From Parvularia atlantis (Eukaryota), in assembly GCA_943704415.1 (NCBI GenBank), contig CALSCO010001098.1, positions 1 through 53,040 of the forward strand: DNA of 53,040 nt, written 5' to 3'. Positions 11,046 through 22,900 of this stretch are shown here, in pieces (position 1 is the first letter of the stretch; each line of letters begins with the position of its first letter). A program made the translations under genes and the position numbers. A model generated the notes under the pieces. The model did no database searches, was not told the origin of the DNA, and worked only from the letters and a program-made list of their open reading frames with translations.

Positions 11046-12177
11046 ATGGCGCTGCGGTAAGGAGGCGCGGCCACGTGGCGGCTGTTGTGCGTCTCACGCG
11101 CTGCTCGTCTCGTCTCGCAGCGAGGTCATCGACCTGCTCGACGAGGGCGTGCTGCCGACGTCGGAGGCGTGCGATCAGGCCGTGGCAAGGGGACCGCGAC
11201 TGACGCGGGCGCGCAGACCGACGCCGTCGCCGCGTTCTCGGCGATGCCCATGCCGGCCAAGCAGGACGAACGGCGCGCGTTCATCAACACGGGCAAGCTC
11301 GGCAGGCTCACCGCCACCGTCAAGCAGTACCCGACGAGCCTGGCGCTGGCCGTGCGCGATCGCGGCCGATGCGCGACGAGGCGCTGAGCCGGAGCCGCAG
11401 GAACGCGCCAGCGCCTTCTTCCGGTCGCTGGCCGAGGACTATGAGAACCGCAACCTGCGCGAGACGTACAAGGTGCACGACGCGATTATCGACGTCATGC
11501 GCCAGCACCCGACCAGCGCGGCCGTGGCCGACAACGGCGTCGTCGCGCTCAAGACCCTCGCCGGCAACACCAAGTACCTCAAAGTGCTCATCGCCGCGCC
11601 GAGCAAGGTGCGCGTGCGACGCCGCTGCCGATCGCGGCGCTGATCGGCCCCGCCCAGGCGCACATCGAGGTGCTCAACGCGATGCGCAACCACCCGGCCC
11701 ACGCCGGCATCGCCGAGCACGCCCTCGCCGCGCTCATGGTCGTGGCCGTCGGCGAGGCCGAGCAGCGCGAGCTGCTGGACGCCAAGGCGCACGAGGCGAT
11801 CATCGCCGGTGCGCAGACGTGCCCGTGCATGCTTGCCACAGGCTTATCGCGGCGGCCGCACAGCCATGCGCGAGCACGCGGCCGTCGCGACCGTGCAGGA
11901 GAAGGGCCTCGGCGCGCTGTGGACGCTGTCGTGTGCGTCGGCGTGCCGCAGCCTCGATCGCACCTGACGCACGTGCGCAGGGATCAAGCCGGCCAGGCAG
12001 ACGATCCTCGCGGCCGGCGCAAAGGAGGTCGCCGAGGACGCGCGTAAGAACCATCCGGACGAGCCCAAGGTGTGTGCTCACGCGTCGACCTGCGCAACGA
12101 CTGGCGGCTGACGGGCGCACGCCGCGCAGGTCGACTTTTATGTAGACCAGGTACTCGAGGGCCTTGGTGCGCTCTGA
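11046..12177 (+). CDS. Armadillo-repeat-like protein (multi-exon)
   Basis: Repeated helices IIDVMRQHPTSAAVADNGVVALKTL / VLNAMRNHPAHAGIAEHALAALMVV / AMREHAAVATVQEKGLGALWTL. Introns include one GC-AG (11167-11216). Confidence 0.7.
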
Positions 12178-12258
12178 AGCTGCTCAAATGCTGTTGTTGC
12201 TTTGTTGCGTTGTTGCTGGTCACTGGCCTGCACTTTGCTCTCGCTTTGTTGGCGGGTG

Positions 12259-14431
12259 ATGGCCCTGCGCCGGCGGCAGCTGGCCGCGTCGCTCGCGTCG
12301 TCGGCCGATGCGCTGCTGGCCGTGCACCGGCACCTGGACGCGCTGCGCAGCGACGCCGCGCGGCTGATCGGCCCCGAGGCGCTGCGGTGCGCGTGCGCCT
12401 CTCTCGAGACAGCCGGCGTGCTGATCGCGCGCACGACGCAGCGCCACGTCGACCGCGACGCTCAGCGCCGTCTTCGAGGACGTGGCGGGGCGCACCGGGG
12501 CCGATGCGGCGCTGTGCGCGGCCGTGCGCGACGAGATGGCGCTGCGTGTCTTCGCAGCGATCGACGACGACCGCGACGCGACGCGCGATCTGCCCGTGGT
12601 GCGCAGCAGACGTGCCGCCTGCGCGCGTGTGCTGATCGGCTGCGTCGCAGCTGCGCGACTACGCCGCGACCTGCGCGCTGCGGGACGCGGTCGAGGCGCT
12701 GCGCACGCGGCTGCAGCAGGCGCTCGCGATCAGCGCCGCCAACGACCGCCGCCTCTCGTTTGGCGCCATCGTCGACCGCCACCAGCAGCTGCGGCGCCGG
12801 CGGATGCGCGGCGAGTGGCCGCTGCTCTCGCCCGCGCTGTGGCACGCGTTCAACGTGGCGCTCGCACGCGGCAGCGACCCGTCGCGGCGGCTGTCGTTCT
12901 CGGCGGTGCGTGATGCGGGCTGAAGACGTGCTCGTTGCCCTGACGGCGGCCGAGCAGGGCGACGTGACCGTGGCCGACTGGATGCGCAACGTCGGCGCGC
13001 ACCTCGCGGGGCACACCCTCGCGTCAGCGGCACGGACGGGCGAAGGCGAGGGCCCCGAGGCGCTGCTGGACGCGCTGCCGCTCGAGCAGATCGAGGCGTC
13101 GATCCGCGAGCACGTCTTCTACGGGGTGTGCCGCTCGTGCCGCGTGCTGCGGCCGTGCTGAGCGTCCCGCGCGCACAAGGGCGTGTCGCACGAGATGCGC
13201 CCGGTCGTGTGGCGCTTCCTGAGTGGCGTCTACCCGTCGTTTACGGCGACGCCGGCCGAGCGCGAGCTGATCGACGGCGACAACAGGCGCGGCTGCGTGT
13301 GTTTGCGTGGCACACGGGCAGACCCTGACTCAGACTGTGCCAGGCGCAGGTACGACGACCTGAGGCGCGCGTGCGAGTACGCGCTCGAGCCGGAGCGCTT
13401 CGGGCACGCTCGGCCGCCGGGTGTTATCGACGTGGACGCGACGTGGCTGCGCGCGATGAAGCGCAAGATTGGTGCGTGCACCCTCCAGCTGCTGCGACAT
13501 GCTCACGCGGCTCGCAGAGATCGACGTGGTGCGCACGGACCAGGACACGCTGTTCTTCGCGGGCGAGAACAACCCTCACCTGGCCAGGCTGACCGAGGCG
13601 CTGTTGTGCTACGTCGTGCACGACCCCGAGCTCGGTGCGCGGCACAGCGACACAAGGAGCACGCGCTGAGCGCAAGCGCGCAGGTTACACGCAGGGTATG
13701 AGCGACCTGATGGCGCCGTTCCTGGCTGTGATGGACGACCAGGCGGCTGCGTTCTCCTGCTTTGACGGGTTCATGCGGCAGCACGCGGTGCGACACGAGT
13801 GCTGCGCTGCCTCTGCGGCCGCTCACGCGCTCGCCATGCAGCGCGAAAACTTCACGGCGGACCAATATGCCATGCGCAAGCAGATGTCGACGCTGCGCAG
13901 CCTGCTGCAGCTGACCGACCCGGAGCTGTTTGCACACTTTGGCACGGTCGCGGGCGTGCGCGCGGAGCGAGGGGTTGCGCTGACGTGCGTTGCGCGCACC
14001 CCGCAGAGCTGCATGAGAGTGCCAACATGCTGTGCTGCTTCCGCTGGCTGCTGCTCGTCTTCCGGCGCGAGTTCCAGTTGACGGACGTGCTGCGGCTGTG
14101 GGAGGCGCTCTGGTCGCAGCACCTGACCGCGCACTTCCACCTCTTCATCGCGCTGGCCATGTTGCACCTCACGCGCGAAGCGCTGCTGCGCGACGGCACG
14201 TCTGCGGCTGACATCGTCGCCGTGCTGGCGCGCGAGACCGGTGTGGCGGGGCGCGCGCCGCGACGCCGCGGCGCTGATCTCGCGCATGCAGACGCGCTCG
14301 AGCTGGACGACGTGATCGACCACGCCGAGCTGCTGCACAGCAAGGTGCTCGCGATTTGGGCCACGCCCGAGGCCATGGACGCCGTCGCGGCCGCGTCCGA
14401 CGACACGCCGTCGCTCACGGGTGACCTGTGA
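12259..14431 (+). CDS. TBC-domain Rab GTPase-activating protein (Gyp7/TBC1D15-17-like)
   Basis: VFYGG...RPVVWRFLSGVY, IDVVRTD (Arg finger), GYTQGMSDL (Gln finger), CFRWLLLVFRREF...LRLWEALWS. Confidence 0.9.
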
Positions 14432-14453
14432 TCGATGTGCTCTGTGCCGCCGA

Positions 14454-14454
<1 letters not shown>

Positions 14455-14504
<50 letters not shown>
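14455..14504. repeat. (AC)n microsatellite between convergent TBC and DHFR stops
   Basis: Directly visible in sequence. Confidence 0.95.
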
Positions 14505-14506
<2 letters not shown>

Positions 14507-14519
14507 GCACGGCGCGACT

Positions 14520-15242
14520 TCACGCCGTCCACGACGACAAGCCCGCGCGCCGGCGGTACACCTGGAACTGGTAGCTGAACTCCTTCTCGGTGTGCACCTC
14601 GTGGTCGGGCACGTCTGCCGCCGTCATGTCGCGGTCGTAGCCGAGGTCCACGAGCGGCGTGGGCGACACAAACGCGTCGCACTCGATCGGGCTGGGCGCG
14701 GTGACCTCGGTCAGGAAGATCGTGTCGGGCACGCGCCGCCGGAACGCCTCGTCGTACACGATCGCGCCGCCAACGACGTGCACCGTCTCAATCGCGTCGC
14801 GGTGCGGCGGCGCCTCGAGCGCGGCGCGCGCCGCGTCCAGCGAGGGTACGACGAGCAGGTTCTCGGTGCTGCGCCGGTCGCGCGATCAGGACGCCGGGTA
14901 CATCGACGAAGGCCGCAAACAAACGCACGCGCGCGGCACCAGCGTGCGCGACACGACGACGTTGAGCCGGCCCGGCAGCGGCTGCATCTTGACCGGGAGC
15001 GACTCCCACGTGAGCCGACCCATCACGACGGCGTTGCGCTTGGCCGGGTCCTGTCGGTGCGCGACGCCGATCAGCGCACACACGCACAGGGCGCGCACGC
15101 GATCGCGCACCGACGTCGTCAGCGTCACGTGCTTGAAGAAGGCGAGGTCGTTGGGGATGCGCCACGGCAGCCCGCCGCGCAGGCCCAGCCCGCGGCCGCG
15201 CTCGGTCGGGGCGGTCGCGGCGAGAACGGCCGTCCAGTGCAT
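14520..15242 (-). CDS. DHFR: Dihydrofolate reductase, monofunctional (3 exons)
   Basis: GLGLRGGLPWRIPNDLAFFKHVT, NAVVMGRLTWESLP, PLPGRLNVVVSR, VVGGAIVY, ECDAF. Stops without a thymidylate synthase domain. Confidence 0.95.
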
Positions 15243-15275
15243 CGCCGTGGGTCGCGTGCAGAGTTAAAAGCTGCA

Positions 15276-15277
<2 letters not shown>

Positions 15278-15335
<58 letters not shown>
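15278..15335. repeat. (CT)n microsatellite upstream of DHFR
   Basis: Directly visible in sequence. Confidence 0.95.
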
Positions 15336-15339
<4 letters not shown>

Positions 15340-15969
15340 CCTCCCGGCCCGCTACACCGCGCACCGGCGTCCATTGGTGCGCATGCTGTCTGCCACACAC
15401 GAGCAGTACACAGACACAGACCGCTAGTGAGCAGGGGAGCAGAAGCACACGAAGGACTCGGAGGAAGATGAACTGAAGCTTCAAGTTCAGGCCACGATCG
15501 GCTCAGAAGCTTGCGCAACTCAGGCCGAACTGATCTCGCAGGCCCGAGCAAGGCCTTGACAATGCACCAGGGCCCGGACACTAGCCCCCTCCAAAAAATC
15601 TGTAAGTGACGGAAGTGGAAAACCGCGCGAATGAGCCCGTGCGGCAGCCAAGCTGCGGGCGCAGCAGAAGATGGCTCATCATGCAGCCGCTCCGGTGCAG
15701 GCGCTCGATGATCCGCACAAAGAACTGGCCGTCGTGGCGCAGCTGGGCCGACGGTCACGGTGGCCGAAGACTCGCAGCATCATGAGCAAGCGCGAACTCT
15801 AGAGCCTGCCAGCGGCCGCTGGTCGCAGGCCAAGGTCGAGTCTCGCCGGGACGCACGTGACGGCGGGGAGCGCTGCCGCGCGGCGTCTCAGATCGGTTTC
15901 GTCTCGTTGACGGTCGTCGTGGCGAGCAGCAGCAGCAGCACGGCGGCGGCCGCGGCCGGCAGCGGACGG

Positions 15970-16917
15970 ATGCACGTTGCGCTCGCGCAGATCGCGCCCG
16001 TGTGGCTCGACCGCGCGGCGACGACGGCCAAGGTGGTGCGGGCCGTGGACGAGGCAGCGCAGCGCGGCGCGGCACTCGTGTGCTTCGGCGAGGGGCTCAT
16101 CCCCGGCTACCCGTTCTTCGTTGAGCGCGCGGACGGCGCGGCGTGGGAGAGCGAGGTGCAGGAGGCATTCTTCGCCCGGTACGCGCGCGAGGCCGTCGAC
16201 ATCGACCGCGGCGACCTGGCCGACGTGTGCGCGGCGGCGCGGCGCGGGCGCATCACGGTCGTCGTGGGCGTGATCGAGCGCCCGCGCGACCGCGGCGGCC
16301 ATTCGCTCTACGCGACGTGCGTCGTGATCGGCGCGGACGGCGCCGTCGCGAGCGTGCACCGCAAGCTGCAGCCGACGTACGAGGAGCGGCTGGTCTGGGC
16401 GCCGGGCGACGGCCACGGCCTGGTCGTGCACCGCATCGGCCCGTTCACGATGGGCGCGCTCAACTGCTGGGAGAACTGGATGCCGCTGGCGCGCGTGGCC
16501 CTGTCGGCCCAGGGCGAGGACGTGCACGTGGCGATCTGGCCCGGCAACACCCGCAACACCGAGCTCATCACCCGCGCGATCGCCCTCGAGGGACGCGCCT
16601 ACGTGCTCTCGGTCGGCGCCCTCCTGCGCGACGCCGACGTCCCCGCCGACCTGCCCCACCGCGACAAGCTCCGCCTCAGCCCCGCCGGCACCGACGTCCT
16701 CGCCAACGGCGGCTCGTGCGTCGCCACGCCGCGCGGCACGTGGCTCGTTGACCCGCTCGCCAACGAGGGCCGCGAGACCGTCATCCTCGCCGAGATCGAC
16801 CACGAGCACGTCCTCCGGGCGCGCCACAACTTTGACCCCGTCGGCCACTACTCCCGCCCGGACGTCTTCTCGCTCCGCGTCAACCGCGCGCGCCAAGGCC
16901 TCGCCGACTTCCAGTGA
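15970..16917 (+). CDS. Nitrilase (carbon-nitrogen hydrolase), intronless, bacterial-type
   Basis: MHVALAQIAPVWLD start, catalytic triad in GEGLIPGYP, HRKLQPTYEER and LNCWENWMP, C-terminal FDPVGHYSRPDVF. Confidence 0.95.
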   Translation: MHVALAQIAPVWLDRAATTAKVVRAVDEAAQRGAALVCFGEGLIPGYPFFVERADGAAWESEVQEAFFARYAREAVDIDRGDLADVCAAARRGRITVVVGVIERPRDRGGHSLYATCVVIGADGAVASVHRKLQPTYEERLVWAPGDGHGLVVHRIGPFTMGALNCWENWMPLARVALSAQGEDVHVAIWPGNTRNTELITRAIALEGRAYVLSVGALLRDADVPADLPHRDKLRLSPAGTDVLANGGSCVATPRGTWLVDPLANEGRETVILAEIDHEHVLRARHNFDPVGHYSRPDVFSLRVNRARQGLADFQ

Positions 16918-16955
16918 TGTGTCTTGTCGAAGCTGTTGGGTATCAATGCGCTGGC

Positions 16956-19900
16956 TCACAGCAGCTCGTCCGCGGGGCAGTGCGCGTGGTTGAGGAACGC
17001 GACGCTCAGCTGAAGGTACTTGAGCGCCTCGGCCTCGCGCTCTTCGCGCGTCAGGGCGATCGCGGCCGCGGCGATCTTGAGCCGCTGCTCAAACGCGCGC
17101 GTGTGAGCGAGCGCGCACCAGTCACAGCCACGCCACGCACGCCGCACACCTGATCGTTCACGACGAGGTCGTAGGCGGACGAGCGCGTGTCGTTGAACTC
17201 GCCCAGGAACGGGATCTCCTGCTTGAGGCCTGCGCGCCGCACACGCACTCAGTCACACCGACGGTGCGACGCACAAGCGCTCGCACCTCGCCGCACGGTG
17301 AACGGCGCCTCGATGAAGCCGATGCCGGACGCGTCCACGGGACTGTCGACGACAGACGCGTCCGAGACCGACACCTCAGACACGGCATCTGGCGCGGCGC
17401 CCGTGTCAGCTGGTGGCCAGACCAGGCACGCGCGCGCGCACTCACGGTAAAGCGAGTGGACCTCGGGCAGGGCAAAGAGCTGCCCACTGCGTGCCGCGTG
17501 CGCCGCGCTGTGGACAAGGCTCTGCAGTGCCGGCTCGGTCGCGACCGCCCGTGCCACAAACTTGAACCCGCCGTGCGTCTCGATCACCGAGCCGTGCAGC
17601 AGCGCCAGCGACGACACAGGCAGCACCGGCGGCGTACCAGCGTCACTGCCGCCACACGCCGCGCGAGTATGAGCATGCAGCGTGCGCGGTTCAGCGCGCG
17701 ACGCACCCGTGCGCCTCCGCGTGCTGCTCAGCAAAGACGGCCTTGTCCACCGCGACGCGCACGTCCGCGCGCCCGGCCCACCACGGCCGGCTCGCCGTGC
17801 CGAGCACGAGCCGCTCGACGACGGCCGGGAGCGAGCACGACGCCGCCGCCGGCATCGCGATGGACGCGCCTGCGCACAACGCCGTTAGCACACCCGTTCG
17901 CGCCGCGGGCAGGAGGTACGCGCACCGGGCAGCTTGGCGTCGGTGACGACGGCGTGCAGCGACAGACCCACGCACAGCCGCGCCAGCGCCTGCAGGTGCC
18001 GCGCACTCGTCAGCGCCACCACGCCCTGTGCACTCGTCAGCAAGACCACGTGCAGACGCGGACGCAGGCGCAGGTGCACCTCGTAGCGGAACGCGAGCGA
18101 TGACGCGAGCGCACGTGCGAGCAGCTGCGCCGCCGCCGCGGGTCCGTGCATCGGCGCCGAGGACGACATCGCCAGCAGCAGCGAGGGCAGGCCGCGTGTC
18201 GTCGCCGTCAGCCGCCCCGCGCCGCCGCCGATCGCCTCGTATGACGCAAGGCGCTCCAGCATCTGCTCAAGGCGGCCCGCGCGCCGGCGCGCCTCAGGTG
18301 ACAGCAGCAGCTGCGCGAGCGCGATCTCGTCAGCCGTGGGGCTCAGGCTCGCGGCGATCGACGCGGGCGACGGGCTGGTGGAAGTCGGCGTCGGCGCCTT
18401 GCTCGCGCTGCGCTCGGACGACATCGTGTGCATCAGCACCGGCAGGCCCTCAATCTCGTCCGCCTCGCACAGGCACGCGACGATGACTGCGTGTGCCGTC
18501 AGCATCCCCCCCACGCACACAAGGCCAGCAGGCCGCACCCTCATTGAGCGCCGCTGCGATCGTCGGCATGCGCTGCAGCAGCGGCCACGCGCGTGCCACC
18601 GCACCCGTCGCGATGGCCTCGTACACGACCTGGTGGTTGGCCAGGTGCGCGCGCACGCAGTCGGCGAAGAGCGTCAGCTTGGCGCGCTTGTAGTCGTGCA
18701 GCAGTGCGCTGTGCGGGCTCTCGAGCTGGCGCACACGCCGCACCAGGTGCTCGCGCGACCCGGCACTCGCGTCCGTCAGCTTGCGCAGCTCCTGCGCGCG
18801 TGCGCCCGTCAGCACGTCGAGCAGACCAGGCTGCTACGTGGACGCGCACCAGCAGGCTGGCAAATAGGTGGTTGCTGTCCTCGTCGTCCTCGGCGGCGAG
18901 CTTGGCAGCGCTCGCCAGCCGTGCGCGCAGCTCCTTATCCTGCGCATCGCGCGTCGCCCTGCAACGCACGCCCGTCAGCGCACGCACGGCTCGAGTTGGC
19001 GGTAAACCGCGCACCTCAGCTCGGTCAGCTGCCGCTGACGCGTGCCCTCCCATGCCGGCGCGATGCGCGACCGCAGCGCCGGCAGCAACGCTTGGATCTG
19101 CTCGAGCGTCGCGTCCACAGGCGCGACGGCACTGAGCGCCTCGCCGAGCATCTGCAGCTTGTCTGCGCCCCCGTATGCGAGCGTGAGACCTGATGCACAG
19201 CGCGCAAAGCGGCTGCGGCACACGCACCCGCCCGCAGCTTGAGCTCATCAAAGTACTGCTGCACCGTACGCATCTGCACGATCGTGACCGCGTCCAGGTT
19301 GCGGACAGCCACGCGCACTTCCGGCTCGAGCTGGCCCAGCGGCTCGACCGGATGCACGGTCATGACCTGCGACTGCGACTGCGACTGCTGCTGCTGCTCT
19401 TGCGCCGCCGGCGCCTTGCTGCGCTGCTTCTTCTGCGGCGGCGGCTGCAGCACGACCGACATGACGGGGATCTCGGCGCGCCAGTCGGTAAGCTTGCGCT
19501 TGCGTGCGGTCGTACTCGCGCTGCTGCCGGCTCCGGGTTCGCCCACGGGCGTCATCGGCGGCTCTGCGCGAGGCGACGCGGGCGGGTGCCCTTCGAGTGG
19601 CGTCGTCGGCACAGACTCACGGCTCGTGCCGCGCGCCGACGCCGGTCCGCTCGCCGTGTGCGCCAGCCGCGCCTGGCACCGCTTGAGCGCGCGACGGTAC
19701 ACCTCGTAGTCGTGCTCGCGCAGGATCAGCTCGCGCGGGTTGTGCAGCGCACGGCCCAGGCTCGATAGGCCCGCCGCAGCCACCGCAAGCGCGCCGTCCG
19801 TTTGATCGCTCGCGGCGGCGGTCGATGCTTTCGCGCGCTCGCTCTCGGCCTGCGTAAACTCCCTCTGCGCGCGCGAACGGAGCGTCAGACTCCATGCCCA

Positions 19901-22900
19901 TGCACGCGTATGCAAGGCGCACCAGGCACTGCGCCCACGCGCGGTTCGTGAGCGTCATCTGCGAGCCCACGGCCTCGGACAACAGGCGGCACTCGAGCAG
20001 CGACGCGGCCAGCGCCGTGTCGTCTTCATTGGCGGGCGCGATGCCACTGGCGAGTAGGTCGCGCTGGCGCGCAAACAGGCCCATCACGACGCTCATCTCC
20101 GCGTCGGCCGCCTTGGTGCTCGCGCGGCGCTTCTTCGTGCGCGGCCTGCCGTGCCACGTCAGGGCACGACGCAGCAGTAGAACAGCGGTCACGCACGGCG
20201 ACGTCATGCTCCGCGGCGTGCCCGAGCCCGACGACGGCTTGGACGTGTCCGCGGCTGCTGTCAGCTTGTGCTCCTGCGGCGCATCAGTCAGCACGTCCAT
20301 ACACCACCATATGCACGAGCGCGCACGGTAAGCGGCGACGATGCGAGCGGCACGAGCTGGTCGCGCGGCGCCGACGGCTGCTCGCTCGGCTGCTCGCTCG
20401 CCTGCGGTGCCGCCGTGCCCGCGTCGTTCATGGCCGCCGCCTCGCTCTCGACGCGCGCCTCAACCAGCGCGAGGAACTCGTCGAGCATGCCGACAATGGC
20501 CGTGCCTGGTGCAGCGGGCGGCGTGTCAGACGATGTCCCCACTTAGGGCAGCACAGGGCGCACCCGACGCCTGCAGGTTGGCTAGGCGCTGCTTGTCGGG
20601 CACCTTGCCCGGCTTGGTGTGGTACACGAGCGGCGACTCCTTGCGCGCCTCGTTGATGAGCTCCTGCAGCGTGCGCTTCTTGCGCAGGCCGAGCAGGTTG
20701 AGCGCTGCGCAGCGGGGCGCCACGTATCAGTAGCGCTATCAAGGCACGAGGCCAGCGCACCCGACTCGGTCGCGCTGCGCTCGCCGGCCTTCATCAGCAC
20801 CATCGCGCTCACGCCGATATGGCCTGCGGTCGCGGTCGGTGCGTGAGCGCGCGCGAGGTGCATCGGAGCGCAAAGCACGCACCGACGGGGTACGACAGCG
20901 GCAGATCCGTGCGCTGGTCCAGCAGACGCAGGGTGTACCGCTCCGCGCGCGACAGCTTGTGCTTCTCGATGATCATTGGGACAAAGTCTGACCGTGCGCG
21001 CGCACAGAGGGCGTGAGCAGACGCCAAGCGGGGCTGCGCAGAACGCACCCGCCAGCGACATCTCGGCCGCGACGACAAAGGTCGACACGTGCTCGATGTC
21101 GCGTGACGGGATGCGCACGCTGATGATCAGCTTGCCGCCGTGGCGCACCTGGGCCTCTGCTCGCCCGCGTCAGCCACGTGTCACGCGGGTGCACGAGGAG
21201 TGCCAGCGCACCGGACGCGCGCAGGGCAATGTAGATGTGATCCTGCAGCTTCTCGGCGAGCGCGCGCACGGCCCGCAGCAGGTCCTCGCGCGGGCCGCCC
21301 GTCGGCAGCGCCATCGCCGCCGCACGCAGCGAGTCCTTTAGGATCGTGATGGTCGAGACCGACTTGGACGCGGTGATTGCAAGCATCTGTACGCGGGGCT
21401 CGACGTCAGCACACACGCTGCAGAGTGCGCCGTCGCGCGTCACCTGCTGGTCCGTGCACGCGTTTGCCACGAGGCTGTCCACGTCCTCGCGCAGCACCGA
21501 CGCGCACGAGTGGATCGCCTCGTTGTAGTCGCCAAACAGGCCAGTCGGACGCCCGCCATCGTCCGCGTCACCGTCGGCCGTCTCGCGGCTCGCGAGCTCG
21601 AGCATGCGGTCCTATTTGCGTGCGAGCATGCGCGCGTTTGGGACTCGCCATGTGCGTCACGCGGGCAGACGCACGAGGTCAAAGATCACGTCGTCGATGG
21701 CGTCGATCGCGTCCTCGCAGATCTGCAGCTCGTCCGAGCGCACGACGTCTGGCTGGTTGCGCAGCTCTGTGAACCGCCGTACCTCCTTCGTCTTGCCGCC
21801 GTCCTTGCTCGGCCCTGCGCGGCGCGGGTGAGCGCGAGCACTTACATGCGAGCAACGGCATACGAGACGGCAGCGTGCCCGAGCGGTGCAGCGCGCCTGA
21901 CGCGCTGCGCTTCTGCCGCTGGCCGGGGCTGCTCGAGCCCGCGAGCAGGTTCGGCTGCGATGCCATAGCGGGCAGCCCGCGCCCGCCACTCGGCCGCATC
22001 TGCGGCGAGCCGGTCGAGCTGAGGTTGTCCAGCGAGCGCGCGCCCGGCGACGCCAGGTCCACGCTCGACAGCGACGCGCCGGGGCTGACCGGGTGCGCGC
22101 CGCCACCCGTGCCTGTAAGCACCAGGTCCAGCAGGCTCGACTTGCTGCGGCCCCAGTTCTGCGCGCACACGTCAGTGCTGCACAGGGAGCATGCGCGCCG
22201 CGCACAAAGAGTTTGCTCGCCGTCGACCGCTCGCTCTTCTCGCTCGCCGGCGTGGCCGCAGCCGTCACCGTGCCAGTCGTCGTGACCGTGCCGGTCGTCG
22301 ACGCTGTCATGGTCGAGGCCGGCGTGGTCGGCGTCGCCGTGCCGTTGCTACTCTCGCCCGCGGTGCCCTCGTTCGTCGGCGTCGTTTCGACGTCCTCGGT
22401 CGCGCTGCTGCGGCGGCGCACGGTCGTGTCGATCGACCTGCGCACGGCGCCGTCAGCCTCGCGCTACTGCAGCACGCGCCACACGCACAGGTCGTTCGGC
22501 GACGAACCAAAGTTCTGCTGCCGCGAGATCTCGAGGGCCTGCCGCGGCGGATGAGCGGCTGCGTGGCGAGCGCGCAAAAAAAAAAAAAAAAACAACGCCG
22601 CAGCACACCTGCATCAGCGTCGACAGCGACCGCCTGAATGTGCTCGGCTCGGCCACCGGGTCGTCGATCACCTCCCTGTGCGACACGCCGGGCGTCAGCA
22701 GCAACAGCACCGCACGCGCGGCCACGCACGGCTCCGGCGGCGCAATGATCGTGTCGAATTGCTGTTGATGGCGCCGCGGCGGTGAGTGAGCGGACACGGC
22801 AGCATGGGGCGTGAGCGCGTACCTTTTTCTCGTCCTTGCCGCGTCCGCGCGGCGACTCGGGCGGCCGATCGTCGAGGCGCGCGGCCTTGCCGTCGCGGCG

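Noticed and set aside
15555..15585. LDNAPGPGH resembling the pogo/DDE_1 LDNAPGH motif
   Set aside because: The match is too short, is flanked by stops and has no other transposase motifs.
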